Shown here in pieces: positions 1 to 10,250 of a DNA stretch of 64,000 bases. This stretch comes from a virus. Positions within the stretch are counted from its first letter, which is position 1; each line of letters starts with the position of its first letter. Position numbers and translations under genes: made by a program. The stretch is taken from positions 1 through 64,000 of IMG/VR virus record IMGVR_UViG_3300021959_000011. The stretch is one strand, 5' to 3'. The notes beneath the pieces were generated by a model. It was not told where the DNA came from. It was given only the letters and a program-made list of their open reading frames with translations, and searched no databases.

Positions 1-2828
1 GAATCTACAAGGTTTGCAATTTCTGTATCCACATAATTCTCAGTTGCATATCCAGTAAGAGATGGAACTTGTGATGCAACATATGATTTTGTTGCATATG
101 TTGCCAAATCCGCACTTACAAGTTCATCAGTAAAATCTAGTGCAAGTGAGGTGGCATTGATAGCAGTACCAAGTTTTGAACCACCACCGGTCGTAGTAGA
201 TATTACACCTTCATCGCTGGTATAATATACACTGCCTGTAGTAAGTCCAGAGAGACCTGTATGAATTCCGTGTTCAAGAGTTACATCAATAGTCGTTCCC
301 GCTGATGCTGCGACACCATGCAGTTTGTTAGAATCAAAGTTGCTTGCAGTAAATCCTGCTCGAATAAATCTTAGTGCTGCATTTGATCCATTGGGGTAAT
401 ACAAAGAACCGTGTAAACTTGCAGATGTGTAATCAAATGATGCTCCCTCTAACGGCCAACTATTATCGATACTAGTTAATACACCGCTCTTTGTGGGTCC
501 GCTGGCATCAGTAGCAGCAATAGGTGCCTGAATAATCATTGAAGCGCGATTCGACGTGCCGCTGCGATAGTTCATTACCATATGATCACTATTCGGGAAA
601 AACTGAAGATATGATGTTCTGTAATTGGTTGACTGCCATGCAATATGCAAATAATTCGATCTTACTAGAGTAATAGAACTACCACTAATCGTGTATTGTG
701 CATAATTCGCTTTACCACCAACATCACTGTATAGTGAGAAAATTTGATCAGAAACTTTTGGATTCCAATCAGCGTGGTGTACATTAAGACTACTATCAAC
801 AGAATTATTTAAATATGTCGCTGTTGATGAACTTGTTCCATTTGCATAATCAGTGTCATAAACTCTAATATAACCATCATATCCAGAAACTAACCACCTT
901 CCCAAGTTATTTGGATCTAGTTTAATTCTACCACAATCACGATTATTAAATTTATTAGCAACACTAATTACTGAACCAAAGGTTGGGGCATTTACGCCAT
1001 CCCACTCAACTCTGATACAGTATATATCATCCTTTTCAAAGAAAATATTAAAGAAATAACTTCCAGTTGAGCTATGAGCATAGTCATATATAATTTTCAC
1101 ATCTCCACTAAGTGTAGTTGTAGAACCCCAAGTTTCGCCATCAGAATCTGTTATAGTTTCCATGTCTGGTTCTGCATCGTGAGTTGTAGTAGTAGATGTT
1201 ATATTTTTACTGGAGTCCACAGAAAATAGGTGTGCTGTGAATGTTAGAGCCCCCGCTGAGACTGTATCTCTACCAATCCAGAGAACTTTTGATTCGTCAA
1301 CTGGACTTACAAATGGATAACTTTGTTGTCCACTATCACCACCAGAAAAAGAATGCGTACTCCAATAGGTATTATCCTCTATAATTTGAGAATACCAGTT
1401 AGAACCTGCTCTATAAATATGAAAAACTTTCAAAGGATCTGATGGATAGTGTCCACTGAACCATTTATTAAAATTATTTCCAGCACCGCCGGCCGGATTC
1501 AATTCGGCAACATTAGTGTTGAGTGCGGTTGTTGTTACTTCTACTGGAGTCACAGTTCCATCAGTATTCAACATCATAACATCGTTTACAGACGCTGAAG
1601 CTGTTGATGTATATTCTACAACATTAGCGTTTGGCACATCTGCCACTGTGATAAATCCAGCACCATTTGTTAACTGATTGTTGTTTGTTGGAATAGTTGG
1701 TAGATTAGTTAAGTCATTATAAGAGCCAGATGTCGCAACAGATGCGAGAGATGATGTATCTGCCTTAGTCGCTAATGAGTTAGTGACTGTAGTAGAGAAG
1801 TTTGCATCATCACCTAGTGCAGCTGCGAGTTCATTAAGAGTGTCTAATGTGCCGGGCGCAGCATCTACTAGATTATTTATTTGAGTCGTGACATATGTTT
1901 CAGTTGCAAATGACTCCGTACTACCCCCACCAGTTGATGTGACTTCTAAAGCTCCACCATTGTCTGAAAGTTCTATAGTACCAAGTGTGATACTATTCCC
2001 ACTAAGATATAAATCTCTAAACTTATTAGTCGCACTACCTAAGTCATAAGTTTCAGTTGTGTCTGGTATGATATTTCCAGATATACTACTAAGTGACGAA
2101 TTATCAACCCATGTATAATCAGTTCCATTCCAAGAAAGAATTTGATTGTTGGTTGCACTAGTTTGATTTAAGTGTGAATCTACTTTTGTGTCATCATAAT
2201 ATAAATTATAAATTCCTTCATCTACATCATCTGTAGTAAGTAATACCGATCCCTGATAACCATTAACAGAATTTACAGTTACCACGGCCGTTACAAATAA
2301 ATCGTCTACATATTTTTTTCTTGCAGCATCAGTATCATTTATGGGTGCATCAAGACCTTTTATATTTGATGCATATACATCAACCCAAGTTTTTGAAGGA
2401 CTACCTAAGTCATAAGTTGCAGTTGTATCTGGTAATATATCAGTGTAAGAACCTGACGCAATATCATCTGGTTTCCATAATGCCGTAGAATTTTCCCACA
2501 CCAAGGCCTGGCCATCAGTTGGTGGGGTAGTGGTTGTATCTACATCAGTATGGTCACTTATAGAGGTCGTTGCAGTTGCCGCGCTGGCCGTGTCTGTTAA
2601 GTTATCAACAGCTCTTGCGAGTTTTTCTAATTCATCAGCTGTAGCAGTGGACGTTAATTGGTTGACGCGAGTATTTACCGCAATTTCGATTGCAGTGTTT
2701 TCTGTGTGTCCAATTGACTTTGCAGCTCTAGTTATAAGAAGTAATTCAGTTACAGACGCGGTTGCAATTTGATTCTGTAAATCACTTACTAGTGCAGAAA
2801 TAGAACTGTTTAAATTTGAATCTGCCAA
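1..2828 (-). CDS. Tail fibre-like protein, >940 aa, runs off the left edge; member of the MADSNL N-terminal paralog family
   Basis: Not in the ORF track. TTG start at 2828 with GAGG RBS 8 nt upstream and a TATAAATA at 2855-2862. Translates MADSNLNSSISALVSDLQNQIATASVTELLLITRAAKSIGHTEN... Contains fibre motifs IPDTTETYDLGS, APGTLDTLNELAAALGDDANFSTTV and, at the window edge, YATENYVDTEIANLVD in the same frame. Frame checked at both ends and at several internal points. Confidence 0.85.
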   Translation of the reverse strand, partial: MADSNLNSSISALVSDLQNQIATASVTELLLITRAAKSIGHTENTAIEIAVNTRVNQLTSTATADELEKLARAVDNLTDTASAATATTSISDHTDVDTTTTPPTDGQALVWENSTALWKPDDIASGSYTDILPDTTATYDLGSPSKTWVDVYASNIKGLDAPINDTDAARKKYVDDLFVTAVVTVNSVNGYQGSVLLTTDDVDEGIYNLYYDDTKVDSHLNQTSATNNQILSWNGTDYTWVDNSSLSSISGNIIPDTTETYDLGSATNKFRDLYLSGNSITLGTIELSDNGGALEVTSTGGGSTESFATETYVTTQINNLVDAAPGTLDTLNELAAALGDDANFSTTVTNSLATKADTSSLASVATSGSYNDLTNLPTIPTNNNQLTNGAGFITVADVPNANVVEYTSTASASVNDVMMLNTDGTVTPVEVTTTALNTNVAELNPAGGAGNNFNKWFSGHYPSDPLKVFHIYRAGSNWYSQIIEDNTYWSTHSFSGGDSGQQSYPFVSPVDESKVLWIGRDTVSAGALTFTAHLFSVDSSKNITSTTTTHDAEPDMETITDSDGETWGSTTTLSGDVKIIYDYAHSSTGSYFFNIFFEKDDIYCIRVEWDGVNAPTFGSVISVANKFNNRDCGRIKLDPNNLGRWLVSGYDGYIRVYDTDYANGTSSSTATYLNNSVDSSLNVHHADWNPKVSDQIFSLYSDVGGKANYAQYTISGSSITLVRSNYLHIAWQSTNYRTSYLQFFPNSDHMVMNYRSGTSNRASMIIQAPIAATDASGPTKSGVLTSIDNSWPLEGASFDYTSASLHGSLYYPNGSNAALRFIRAGFTASNFDSNKLHGVAASAGTTIDVTLEHGIHTGLSGLTTGSVYYTSDEGVISTTTGGGSKLGTAINATSLALDFTDELVSADLATYATKSYVASQVPSLTGYATENYVDTEIANLVD

Positions 2829-2854
2829 CTTATCTTCCTCTTAACTTTCTGTAT

Positions 2855-2862
2855 TATTTATA
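2855..2862 (-). promoter_or_regulatory. T4-type late promoter TATAAATA
   Basis: Exact consensus in the intergenic gap upstream of the 2828 TTG start. Confidence 0.75.
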
Positions 2863-2864
2863 TT

Positions 2865-3845
2865 TTAATAAAGTGCATTTTTTATAGTTGCTTCTTTCAT
2901 ATTAAATATGGTAGGAATTTTTTGACTTCTATTAATATTAATGTCAAAATTTTCTACTTCTGTAATGGAATATGGAATTCTTGTGAAAATATATTTTCCG
3001 TTTTTTTCTACTCTACCAATTTTAGAGTTTATAGTCAAATAATTTTCATCGTCTACTAATATGATATTTTTATCATAAAATATATATTCCGGCAAACTTA
3101 TATTGGATTCCCAAGCATTGTGGCCAAGTATATAATAGTATGTATCTGAACTTGAATATATCTCATTACTATCATTTATTGTAATTGATTTTGAAGAATA
3201 ATAGTATTTAATTTTTTTAATAATATTCAACTTTTCGTCAAAATGTAGAAAATATGTATACTTATTTCCAGATACAACAATACCTAGTTTTGAAGTCTTT
3301 TCTCCGATTTCAATGTTTTTTATCTTGTCATCTATACTAATCTGTGTTATACTCTCCATGTTGTTGTTACAGAGAATAAAATAATCTTCAAATACAAATA
3401 AAAACCTATTACTACTTGCACCATCCGAAATGACTAAACCTTTTATAAATTTAGAACTATATTTCCCACAAACTTCAAATTGATTATCTTCAAAATTTGC
3501 TACAGAAATATGTCCATTGAATAGAATTGGAAATGAAGTACCAGAAAAATTTTTAGAATTATTATTTGACTTATAAGATTTATATACTATATTATCATTT
3601 GGGTTATTGTAGAATATTTTTGTTTTATCTTTTTGGTGTGCAATTTTCATGCCTGATTGATTTAGGGATAAAACATACCCCCCATCATACTTTACAGGTA
3701 AGTTAGTCACATAATTATTTTCCGAAACTCTATTGGTGTCTATTACATATTTTTTAGTAGTATTACCACTAGATGCATTAGTTGTCATATATGAGTAAGA
3801 AACACCATTATGATAATTAGTTTCTGACATTAGATAGAACCCCAT
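2865..3845 (-). CDS. Hypothetical protein, Asn/Ile/Lys-rich, predicted beta-rich; true start probably the ATG at 3830
   Basis: 326-aa ORF; its second Met (MSETNY) overlaps the upstream stop as TAATG; visibly more AT-rich than its neighbours. Confidence 0.7.
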   Translation of the reverse strand: MGFYLMSETNYHNGVSYSYMTTNASSGNTTKKYVIDTNRVSENNYVTNLPVKYDGGYVLSLNQSGMKIAHQKDKTKIFYNNPNDNIVYKSYKSNNNSKNFSGTSFPILFNGHISVANFEDNQFEVCGKYSSKFIKGLVISDGASSNRFLFVFEDYFILCNNNMESITQISIDDKIKNIEIGEKTSKLGIVVSGNKYTYFLHFDEKLNIIKKIKYYYSSKSITINDSNEIYSSSDTYYYILGHNAWESNISLPEYIFYDKNIILVDDENYLTINSKIGRVEKNGKYIFTRIPYSITEVENFDININRSQKIPTIFNMKEATIKNALY

Positions 3846-4420
3846 TCATGCCACTGTCCATTTGCATATGCATATACTTTGTTAGTATCTTGTGCAATTG
3901 CAAATGTAGAATTTTTACCGTTTGCTGGGAAACTTGCATAATCTGTATAACTATTAATTTTTGTATTCGTAGGTGCGTTTGCAATACCTACAAATTTATT
4001 TGTAGAATTATTATATACTAAAACATCCCCTGTAGATAAACTACTATGGTCTATATCTCTAATATCTGCCTTTACAATTTCTGACCAAGACATATCAGTA
4101 CCATCAGTTTTTAAGAATTCTCCGGCCTGACCATCCTGTCTTGGTAATTCTGCACCACTGGATGTATTTGGTGTTACTAAGTCTAATACTTTACTAACTA
4201 CCAAAGATAATTTTGTAATCGTTGCAACATCGTTTGCACCAGATAATAAACTGTTTAATCTAGTATTTAATAACTGTTCTAAATCATCATTTTCTGTTTG
4301 TCTAATATTCTTAATTACTCTTGCATATTTAAGTAAATCATCGGCATTCGCTGTAGGAATACTGGTTTTTAAATCTGCAATAATAGAATTGATTGTAGAA
4401 TGAAATGTTGTATCTGCCAT
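3830..4420 (-). CDS. Virion fibre/adaptor-like protein, MADSNL-family paralog (MADTTF...)
   Basis: 196 aa; shared N-terminal helical domain, then LPRQDGQAGEFLKTDGTDMSW and GDVLVYN fibre motifs. Confidence 0.75.
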   Translation of the reverse strand: MADTTFHSTINSIIADLKTSIPTANADDLLKYARVIKNIRQTENDDLEQLLNTRLNSLLSGANDVATITKLSLVVSKVLDLVTPNTSSGAELPRQDGQAGEFLKTDGTDMSWSEIVKADIRDIDHSSLSTGDVLVYNNSTNKFVGIANAPTNTKINSYTDYASFPANGKNSTFAIAQDTNKVYAYANGQWHEWGSI

Positions 4421-4424
4421 TTAA

Positions 4425-4979
4425 TTATCCCCAACTAGTTCCATTCCAAATCTGGAATGTATCGTCTGCTTGTATATGTACAACTTGACCGGTGACTGAA
4501 CCAGAAACTGGAATATCTCCCGAAGTTGCGACTGATTGAATTTGTGGTATATTCGAATCAAATTTAGATGTTCCGTCATATAACAATATATCATTGTCAT
4601 TTGGAACTTCGTCTCCAATTTCTGTTATATTTCTTGTTACTACACCATTCCATTCATCTTGATTTCCGTCTGTCGATAAAAATGTATTTGCAGAACCTGT
4701 TTGACTTGGAATAATTTCACCAACTGTCGCAGTATATACTGGATCTAACATTAAACCAACTGCCCTACCAAGTTTAGAAAGATCTGATGCTGTTGCAGTA
4801 GATGTTAAGGAAGAAACGCGAGAGTCTACTGCAACTTCTAATGTTGCATTTTCTGTTTGATCTAAAAAAACATTTGTCCTACATAACTTTAATAATTCTT
4901 CTGCAGATGCACTACTAATTAGTGTTCCGACTCTAGATATAACTGCCGATGTTGATGTATTTAAATTTGAATCTGCCAT
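4425..4979 (-). CDS. Virion fibre/adaptor-like protein, MADSNL-family paralog
   Basis: 184 aa; shared N-terminal domain, IPSQTGSANTFLSTDG, C-terminal FQIWNGTSW. Confidence 0.75.
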   Translation of the reverse strand: MADSNLNTSTSAVISRVGTLISSASAEELLKLCRTNVFLDQTENATLEVAVDSRVSSLTSTATASDLSKLGRAVGLMLDPVYTATVGEIIPSQTGSANTFLSTDGNQDEWNGVVTRNITEIGDEVPNDNDILLYDGTSKFDSNIPQIQSVATSGDIPVSGSVTGQVVHIQADDTFQIWNGTSWG

Positions 4980-4989
4980 CTTTTAATTC

Positions 4990-6177
4990 CTATTCTATCG
5001 CCGGTGGTGTAAAGTTTGTGGTATATCTTACGGCATTACTAATTCTAAAATGTTTTATGTACGCAGAATCGATACCATTATTTGAGGTTTCGTGTAAATA
5101 TAATTTTACTCTACTAATATTAGGTGTTCCTGCATTTGGATTTAAATACGCGACTTGACTACCATTGTGGTAAACTTTACACCCACCAGAATTATATCCA
5201 GAAAATACAATTGCATGATGAACCCACTGCCCAGTTACACTCGATGTTGAGGCGGTTATTGATGCATTTGTACTACTTCCACCAGCTCCATCAAAATTGA
5301 TCATGTCTGTTTTATATTCAACCATTCCTGTGTCAAACCAGTATGCTGGAGTACTTCCGAGAGTATCGATATATCCCCAGAATTCTATTGTAAAATTTGA
5401 CCCCATCGAAAATGATGAGAAGTCATATTGCACTCCACCCGAATTGATATTTTTTAGTGCATTTCCTGATATACCAGTACTAGTTGCACTGACTACAGCA
5501 GTATTTGCATTTACCTGATTGACTCCACCATTACCGTAATTTGATATTTGTTCATTTCTATTTGTGTCAAATGATGCATACCAAATAGTATTTGCATCTA
5601 TCCAATTATATGCTGCGGCCTTAGTTATTTCCTGCCATGCACTACCATTCCAATAATGATATGTGTCTTCTGCAATTGCATAAATAAATTGTCCAGATGT
5701 GCCAGATACTAAATTTGCAGATGATGCAATTGTTTCTATACTTGAGAATGGAGAATCAACTGCAGAAATATTTGTACCATCAAATCCTAGTGCTTTGCCA
5801 TCAGCAGCTGCCGTAAAATCTAAACCAGTTACATCCGTAGAATCTACTTTACTCCAACTTGTTGATATACCATTTGTTTCTAATAATTTATTTGTGTGTC
5901 CAGTTTTAGTAGGTAAATCTACACCTACTACTACATTTGTTTCCAACAGATTATAAACTGCCCTAGAAAGATAGTGTTTTTCTAATGGAGTTGCAGTAGA
6001 TAATAAATTACCTACTCTAGTAGAAATTAAATTTTCTACTGTGTTGTTTTCTGTTCGATTAATAGATTTTAAACATAAAGATATATCAAAAAGTTCTTTT
6101 GCTGTTGAAGTAGGAATTAATGATGTACATCTTGCAACTAAATCGTTAATAGAACCTGTTAAATTTGAATCTGCCAT
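4990..6177 (-). CDS. Fibre-like protein with C-terminal ConA/LamG-like lectin domain, MADSNL-family paralog
   Basis: 395 aa; LamG-like motifs NFTIEFW, QWVHHAIV, VYHNG, FRISNAVRYTTNFTPP. Confidence 0.75.
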   Translation of the reverse strand: MADSNLTGSINDLVARCTSLIPTSTAKELFDISLCLKSINRTENNTVENLISTRVGNLLSTATPLEKHYLSRAVYNLLETNVVVGVDLPTKTGHTNKLLETNGISTSWSKVDSTDVTGLDFTAAADGKALGFDGTNISAVDSPFSSIETIASSANLVSGTSGQFIYAIAEDTYHYWNGSAWQEITKAAAYNWIDANTIWYASFDTNRNEQISNYGNGGVNQVNANTAVVSATSTGISGNALKNINSGGVQYDFSSFSMGSNFTIEFWGYIDTLGSTPAYWFDTGMVEYKTDMINFDGAGGSSTNASITASTSSVTGQWVHHAIVFSGYNSGGCKVYHNGSQVAYLNPNAGTPNISRVKLYLHETSNNGIDSAYIKHFRISNAVRYTTNFTPPAIE

Positions 6178-6186
6178 ATCTCTACC

Positions 6187-7179
6187 TTAACCAATTGTAA
6201 CGATTTGGATTTCAGAATTCAATTCCTGTCCATTCGTAAATTGTAATTCGTATTCATTTAATAATGTATATTTTGTTGGACATAAAATTTTACCATCAAC
6301 AAATACCTGTATCCATGAACTATTTATAAATAAATTTTTTCCCTCATTATCAACAAATGTATACTTCAACCTACTTTGAGTTTCAACCTTTTGTATTCTG
6401 GAATATATCAGTTTTGGAGTATTTGATAATTCTTTGTAATCTTTAGTACCCAATTCTGGTTTATTCTTTAGATATTTCCAATCAATTTTTAGGGTTGTCA
6501 AGTCTGGTTTATTTTGGATATTTTTATAGTCTATTGAGTTAAATAAAGGCCTAATTTGATCGACAATATTAGATTTTAACTCGTTTGTATTAGATTCTGT
6601 TATAACTTTATTCCATTTTCTACCATCAGAATAATATAACAATCCTGTATCTTTTGCAATAGTAACCATACCATTGTGTAAATATGGATGTGGAAATTTT
6701 GTAATACTTGAAAATCCTGTAGACCATTTAAAACTTTTCTTTACATGTGCGGTATCTGCAGTTATGTCCAATGTGTTAATTTCTGGATATTTGAATACTG
6801 TAACGCTACCTTTGGCCAGTTCTCTAAATGTCAATTCAATTCTATTATCATCTTTATATGTTACATCATAATTAGTTGTCAAACTATCTTCAATATATAC
6901 AAAAAATGAATTTGCATCAGTACCAAAATTATGATTGATAATCCATTTTCTTTCATTATTATTTTGAATGTGAAAGTAAGTATCTCTTTTTTCTGTAAGT
7001 TGATACCATGTTTTAATTCCATCTAGTTTTGTATAGATGTATAACGCACCACGTACTAGTGCAGTTTCCCCAACTTCTGGATACATTGGAAAATTTAAAT
7101 GATTTGTTGCAAAAGTCAAAGTACCCTTGACTCTTACGTTTTGCATATTTAATGTTCTAGTTTTCTGTGTCATCGTCAT
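6187..7179 (-). CDS. Putative virion structural/fibre-associated protein
   Basis: 330 aa; WIINHNFG small beta domain shared with the 858-aa and 127-aa proteins; YKNIQNKP/WKYLKNKP/YKELSNTP repeats. Confidence 0.65.
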   Translation of the reverse strand: MTMTQKTRTLNMQNVRVKGTLTFATNHLNFPMYPEVGETALVRGALYIYTKLDGIKTWYQLTEKRDTYFHIQNNNERKWIINHNFGTDANSFFVYIEDSLTTNYDVTYKDDNRIELTFRELAKGSVTVFKYPEINTLDITADTAHVKKSFKWSTGFSSITKFPHPYLHNGMVTIAKDTGLLYYSDGRKWNKVITESNTNELKSNIVDQIRPLFNSIDYKNIQNKPDLTTLKIDWKYLKNKPELGTKDYKELSNTPKLIYSRIQKVETQSRLKYTFVDNEGKNLFINSSWIQVFVDGKILCPTKYTLLNEYELQFTNGQELNSEIQIVTIG

Positions 7180-7393
7180 CTTCTCTAAATCTAATGTCTT
7201 GTGCAGTACCTACAAAATATACTTTACCAGACAAGGCCATTTTTATAATTTCAAATAAATGTCTTTGATATCTAATATATTCTAATTTTTCTTCTTTAGA
7301 TGCGGATTTATTATCGAAATTAAAATTATCAAGATTTTTTTCAATTTTTTGTATCCATGCAACTATTTGAGTTGGGTGTATAGTTCTACTCAT
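7157..7393 (-). CDS. Small hypothetical protein
   Basis: 78-aa ORF overlapping both neighbours in the same operon. Confidence 0.65.
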   Translation of the reverse strand: MSRTIHPTQIVAWIQKIEKNLDNFNFDNKSASKEEKLEYIRYQRHLFEIIKMALSGKVYFVGTAQDIRFREDDDDTEN

Positions 7394-7592
7394 GTTCTAA
7401 CTTAATCTCCATTTGTGTGAGATAGTTTTGAACTACAGAAACTTGCTCTGCATATTTTTCTCTTAAATCATCTTTATGGAAGTTTGTTACTAATGCATTT
7501 TGTTTTAGCATGCCAATAGATTCTCTCATAACACTTTTCATTTCTGTCGGATCATCAATGAGAGATAGATCATAATATTTTAACTCTTGCAT
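7386..7592 (-). CDS. Small helical hypothetical protein
   Basis: 68-aa ORF with AAGGAG RBS and a late promoter directly upstream. Confidence 0.75.
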   Translation of the reverse strand: MQELKYYDLSLIDDPTEMKSVMRESIGMLKQNALVTNFHKDDLREKYAEQVSVVQNYLTQMEIKLEHE

Positions 7593-7611
7593 TTTTAAAA
7601 CTCCTTTCTTC

Positions 7612-7619
7612 TATTTATA
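7612..7619 (-). promoter_or_regulatory. T4-type late promoter TATAAATA
   Basis: Exact consensus just downstream of the terminator and upstream of the 7592 start. Confidence 0.75.
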
Positions 7620-7620
7620 T

Positions 7621-7649
7621 AAAAAAATAGGGGGCCTGGCCCCCTATTT
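7621..7649 (-). terminator. Rho-independent terminator
   Basis: Inverted repeat AAATAGGGGGC-CTG-GCCCCCTATTT with a T-tract on the minus strand, about 25 nt after the stop of the 858-aa gene. Confidence 0.85.
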
Positions 7650-7673
7650 CATAAAGAATTAAATTAATGAGTT

Positions 7674-10250
7674 TTAAATATCAGTCATTGCCATTACTGA
7701 TACGCGCACATGTCTAGATTCTGTGAGATAAACAGTAAGAGTATTTGAATCAGTTTCCTCTATTGGTACAACATCGTTTGCATACAAGCCGTCATCTCCC
7801 AATACCATACATTGGATTATAAGAAAGTTTGTATTCAAGTTATGCGAAACTGTATGTGTTGTTGCAGTTGCAGTTGATTGATATGTAAATCTTAAATCAT
7901 TAACATCTGTTCTAATTGAACTATCGGAAGAAATTCTCTGTGCCTGTTCTGTCGCTAAATCTGATTCCAAATCTAATACAAGAGATTCTAGAGTATCATA
8001 ACTATCTTTAACTGCAGAATCTAATAATACGTGTGCATTTGCAATACTAGTTGCTGTATCAATATAATTTGTACCAGATGGTGCAGCGTAAGTACCATCG
8101 GTATTTAATCCAGATGCAGTTTCAACTGCGTCTACTTCGGTTTGTAAGGTTGCAATTGCAGTTGTGTTATCACTAATACTAGTAGTGATAGATGAATCAA
8201 GTTTTAAACCATTTGATGATGTTGAAAGTGAACTACCATCTATTCTGATTGCTAGATTTGCACCAGTGGCGACCGAATCTGTCGAACCATCTGCAGTCAA
8301 CATCAAACCACCATCTGCACGTACATCGATACCAATTTCGTCTGAAGGTAATTCTGAAACACCAGCACCAAAGTTTAGAAATAATTCGTTACCACTTTTT
8401 TGAATACCGGCCCCAGCAATAATTTGTCCAGCACCAGAGAATTGTTCAAATGATATTGATGTTGTACCAACTGTAATAGAACCGTCTGTTACAAGTACAT
8501 AACCATTATCTGCATTTAGTGTACCTTCTTCCACAAATGTAAATGTACCAGAAGTTAATACAGAACCAGTATCTGCGTCATCAGATCGGGCCAGAGTTGT
8601 AGTAGATAGTGTATAAGTGTAAATACCATTTTCAGAACCAGTACTTTGGTCTTTAACAAGTACTCTATCACCATCGACTAATGTTACACCATCAATTGAT
8701 GTTACACTTGATAAACTTGTAATATTCGAAGTAGTTGCAACTCTAACAGATTCTTTTACATCTAAACCAGTTGCAACACTATCGACGTATTCTTTGTTCG
8801 CCGCATCTGTCGGGTCGGTAGGATTTGCAACACTAATAATTCTATTGTTGCCCATGTCCAAATTGCCAGACATAGTATCACCAGATTTACTAACTTTAGT
8901 AGTAATACTATCTGTAGTAGTTTTAATTTGAGCATCCAATAAATCGTCTGCATCAGTTAAATCTGTTGCACCAGTAATATAGTTAGAAGATGAATTTGCA
9001 GTATATGCACCATTAGTACCTAATCCGGCGCCAGTCTGTGTTGCGTTAACTTCTGATTGTAAAGAATTTAATGCAGTATCAAGTCTTTCATCTGCATCCT
9101 TTAATGAAGTCGCTGCAGTAAGATAATTTGTACTAGAGTTTGCACTGAAAGTGCCGTCCGTGGCAAGACCTGATCCAGTTTGTGTGACATCTAATTCAGA
9201 TTGTAAATTTGTAATTGCAGTATTGATTGTAACATCTGCATTTGTTCTTGCTGTAATCTCTGCGGATAAATTATCGTTTGTGGTTTTTAATTGTCCGTCC
9301 AAAGTTGCATCTGCGTTTTTTAAAGATGTTGCAGTAGTTAAATAGTTTGTACCAGAATCTGCACTGTAAGTACCACTCGAACCAAGTCCTGCCCCGTTCT
9401 GAGTACTGTCTAATTCATTTTGTACACCTTGTACCGCACTATCTAATAGAAAGTCAGCATTTTTTAAAGATGTTGCAGCAGTAAGATAATTTGTTGTATT
9501 ATCGGCAAGATAAGATCCATCTGTTTCTAGTCCAGCTCCAGTTTCAATATCATCAATTTCTACTTGGACTTCTGCTGGGAATGATGTTGTCTTTAGAGTA
9601 CCAACCATTGTACTTGGATGATTGTCACATACATAATACAAATAATCTGGTGAATCCATCGGCACTTTAAAAATTAATGTACCACTCTCTTTGCCCTGTG
9701 CATTAGTTCCTGTGACAACTGTACCAGCACCGTCATCGTGACTTACACCATCATTGTATTCCGTTGCAGGGTTTGATGCATCCGTAAGAATTCTAAAGGG
9801 ATGTCCAGATGCATTTAAATCTAATTTATATGTAATTCCTGGCTGTAATTTGAGTGTAGGATTATTATCACCGTCTATAACATATGCGCCAGATGTAGTA
9901 GAAACTGCAAAGGTAATGGATGCCTCTACGTTATCTAGTGCGGTTTCTAATGTATCAATCTGGGTTTGCAGAGCCGAGTCTGCATTTGTTCTGTCTGTTA
10001 CTTCTGTGGTAATTGTAGAATTTAAAGTTGCAACTTCTGCTGTTAGTTCATCTAATGAAACGGCCTGATGAACTATAATTGCCCCACCAGAATCGAGAGA
10101 AGAAAATTTGAATACTTTATCCGTAGTATTGTACCACAGTCTGCCAGGTTCAGACGGCGTTGGGTCAGAGGTAAGTTTCTCAATTCGTAAGTTCTCAATA
10201 AACGAATTATCTGCTAACTCTAAACCATGAAATTTTACATATCTAGGCAT
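7674..10250 (-). CDS. Repetitive tail fibre/whisker-like protein with a cupredoxin-like insertion
   Basis: 858 aa; five ~48-aa repeats (ELDxTQTGAGLxxDGxYxAxSxTNYLTxATSLKxADxxLD), fibre module KSGDTMSGNLDMG...DAANKEYVD...GDRVLVKDQ...ENGIY, and GHPF...YYVCDNHPSTM. Confidence 0.8.
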   Translation of the reverse strand: MPRYVKFHGLELADNSFIENLRIEKLTSDPTPSEPGRLWYNTTDKVFKFSSLDSGGAIIVHQAVSLDELTAEVATLNSTITTEVTDRTNADSALQTQIDTLETALDNVEASITFAVSTTSGAYVIDGDNNPTLKLQPGITYKLDLNASGHPFRILTDASNPATEYNDGVSHDDGAGTVVTGTNAQGKESGTLIFKVPMDSPDYLYYVCDNHPSTMVGTLKTTSFPAEVQVEIDDIETGAGLETDGSYLADNTTNYLTAATSLKNADFLLDSAVQGVQNELDSTQNGAGLGSSGTYSADSGTNYLTTATSLKNADATLDGQLKTTNDNLSAEITARTNADVTINTAITNLQSELDVTQTGSGLATDGTFSANSSTNYLTAATSLKDADERLDTALNSLQSEVNATQTGAGLGTNGAYTANSSSNYITGATDLTDADDLLDAQIKTTTDSITTKVSKSGDTMSGNLDMGNNRIISVANPTDPTDAANKEYVDSVATGLDVKESVRVATTSNITSLSSVTSIDGVTLVDGDRVLVKDQSTGSENGIYTYTLSTTTLARSDDADTGSVLTSGTFTFVEEGTLNADNGYVLVTDGSITVGTTSISFEQFSGAGQIIAGAGIQKSGNELFLNFGAGVSELPSDEIGIDVRADGGLMLTADGSTDSVATGANLAIRIDGSSLSTSSNGLKLDSSITTSISDNTTAIATLQTEVDAVETASGLNTDGTYAAPSGTNYIDTATSIANAHVLLDSAVKDSYDTLESLVLDLESDLATEQAQRISSDSSIRTDVNDLRFTYQSTATATTHTVSHNLNTNFLIIQCMVLGDDGLYANDVVPIEETDSNTLTVYLTESRHVRVSVMAMTDI

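Noticed and set aside
3828-3850. Frameshift fusion of the 196-aa and 326-aa ORFs
   Set aside because: No convincing slippery heptamer; TAATG translational coupling explains the junction
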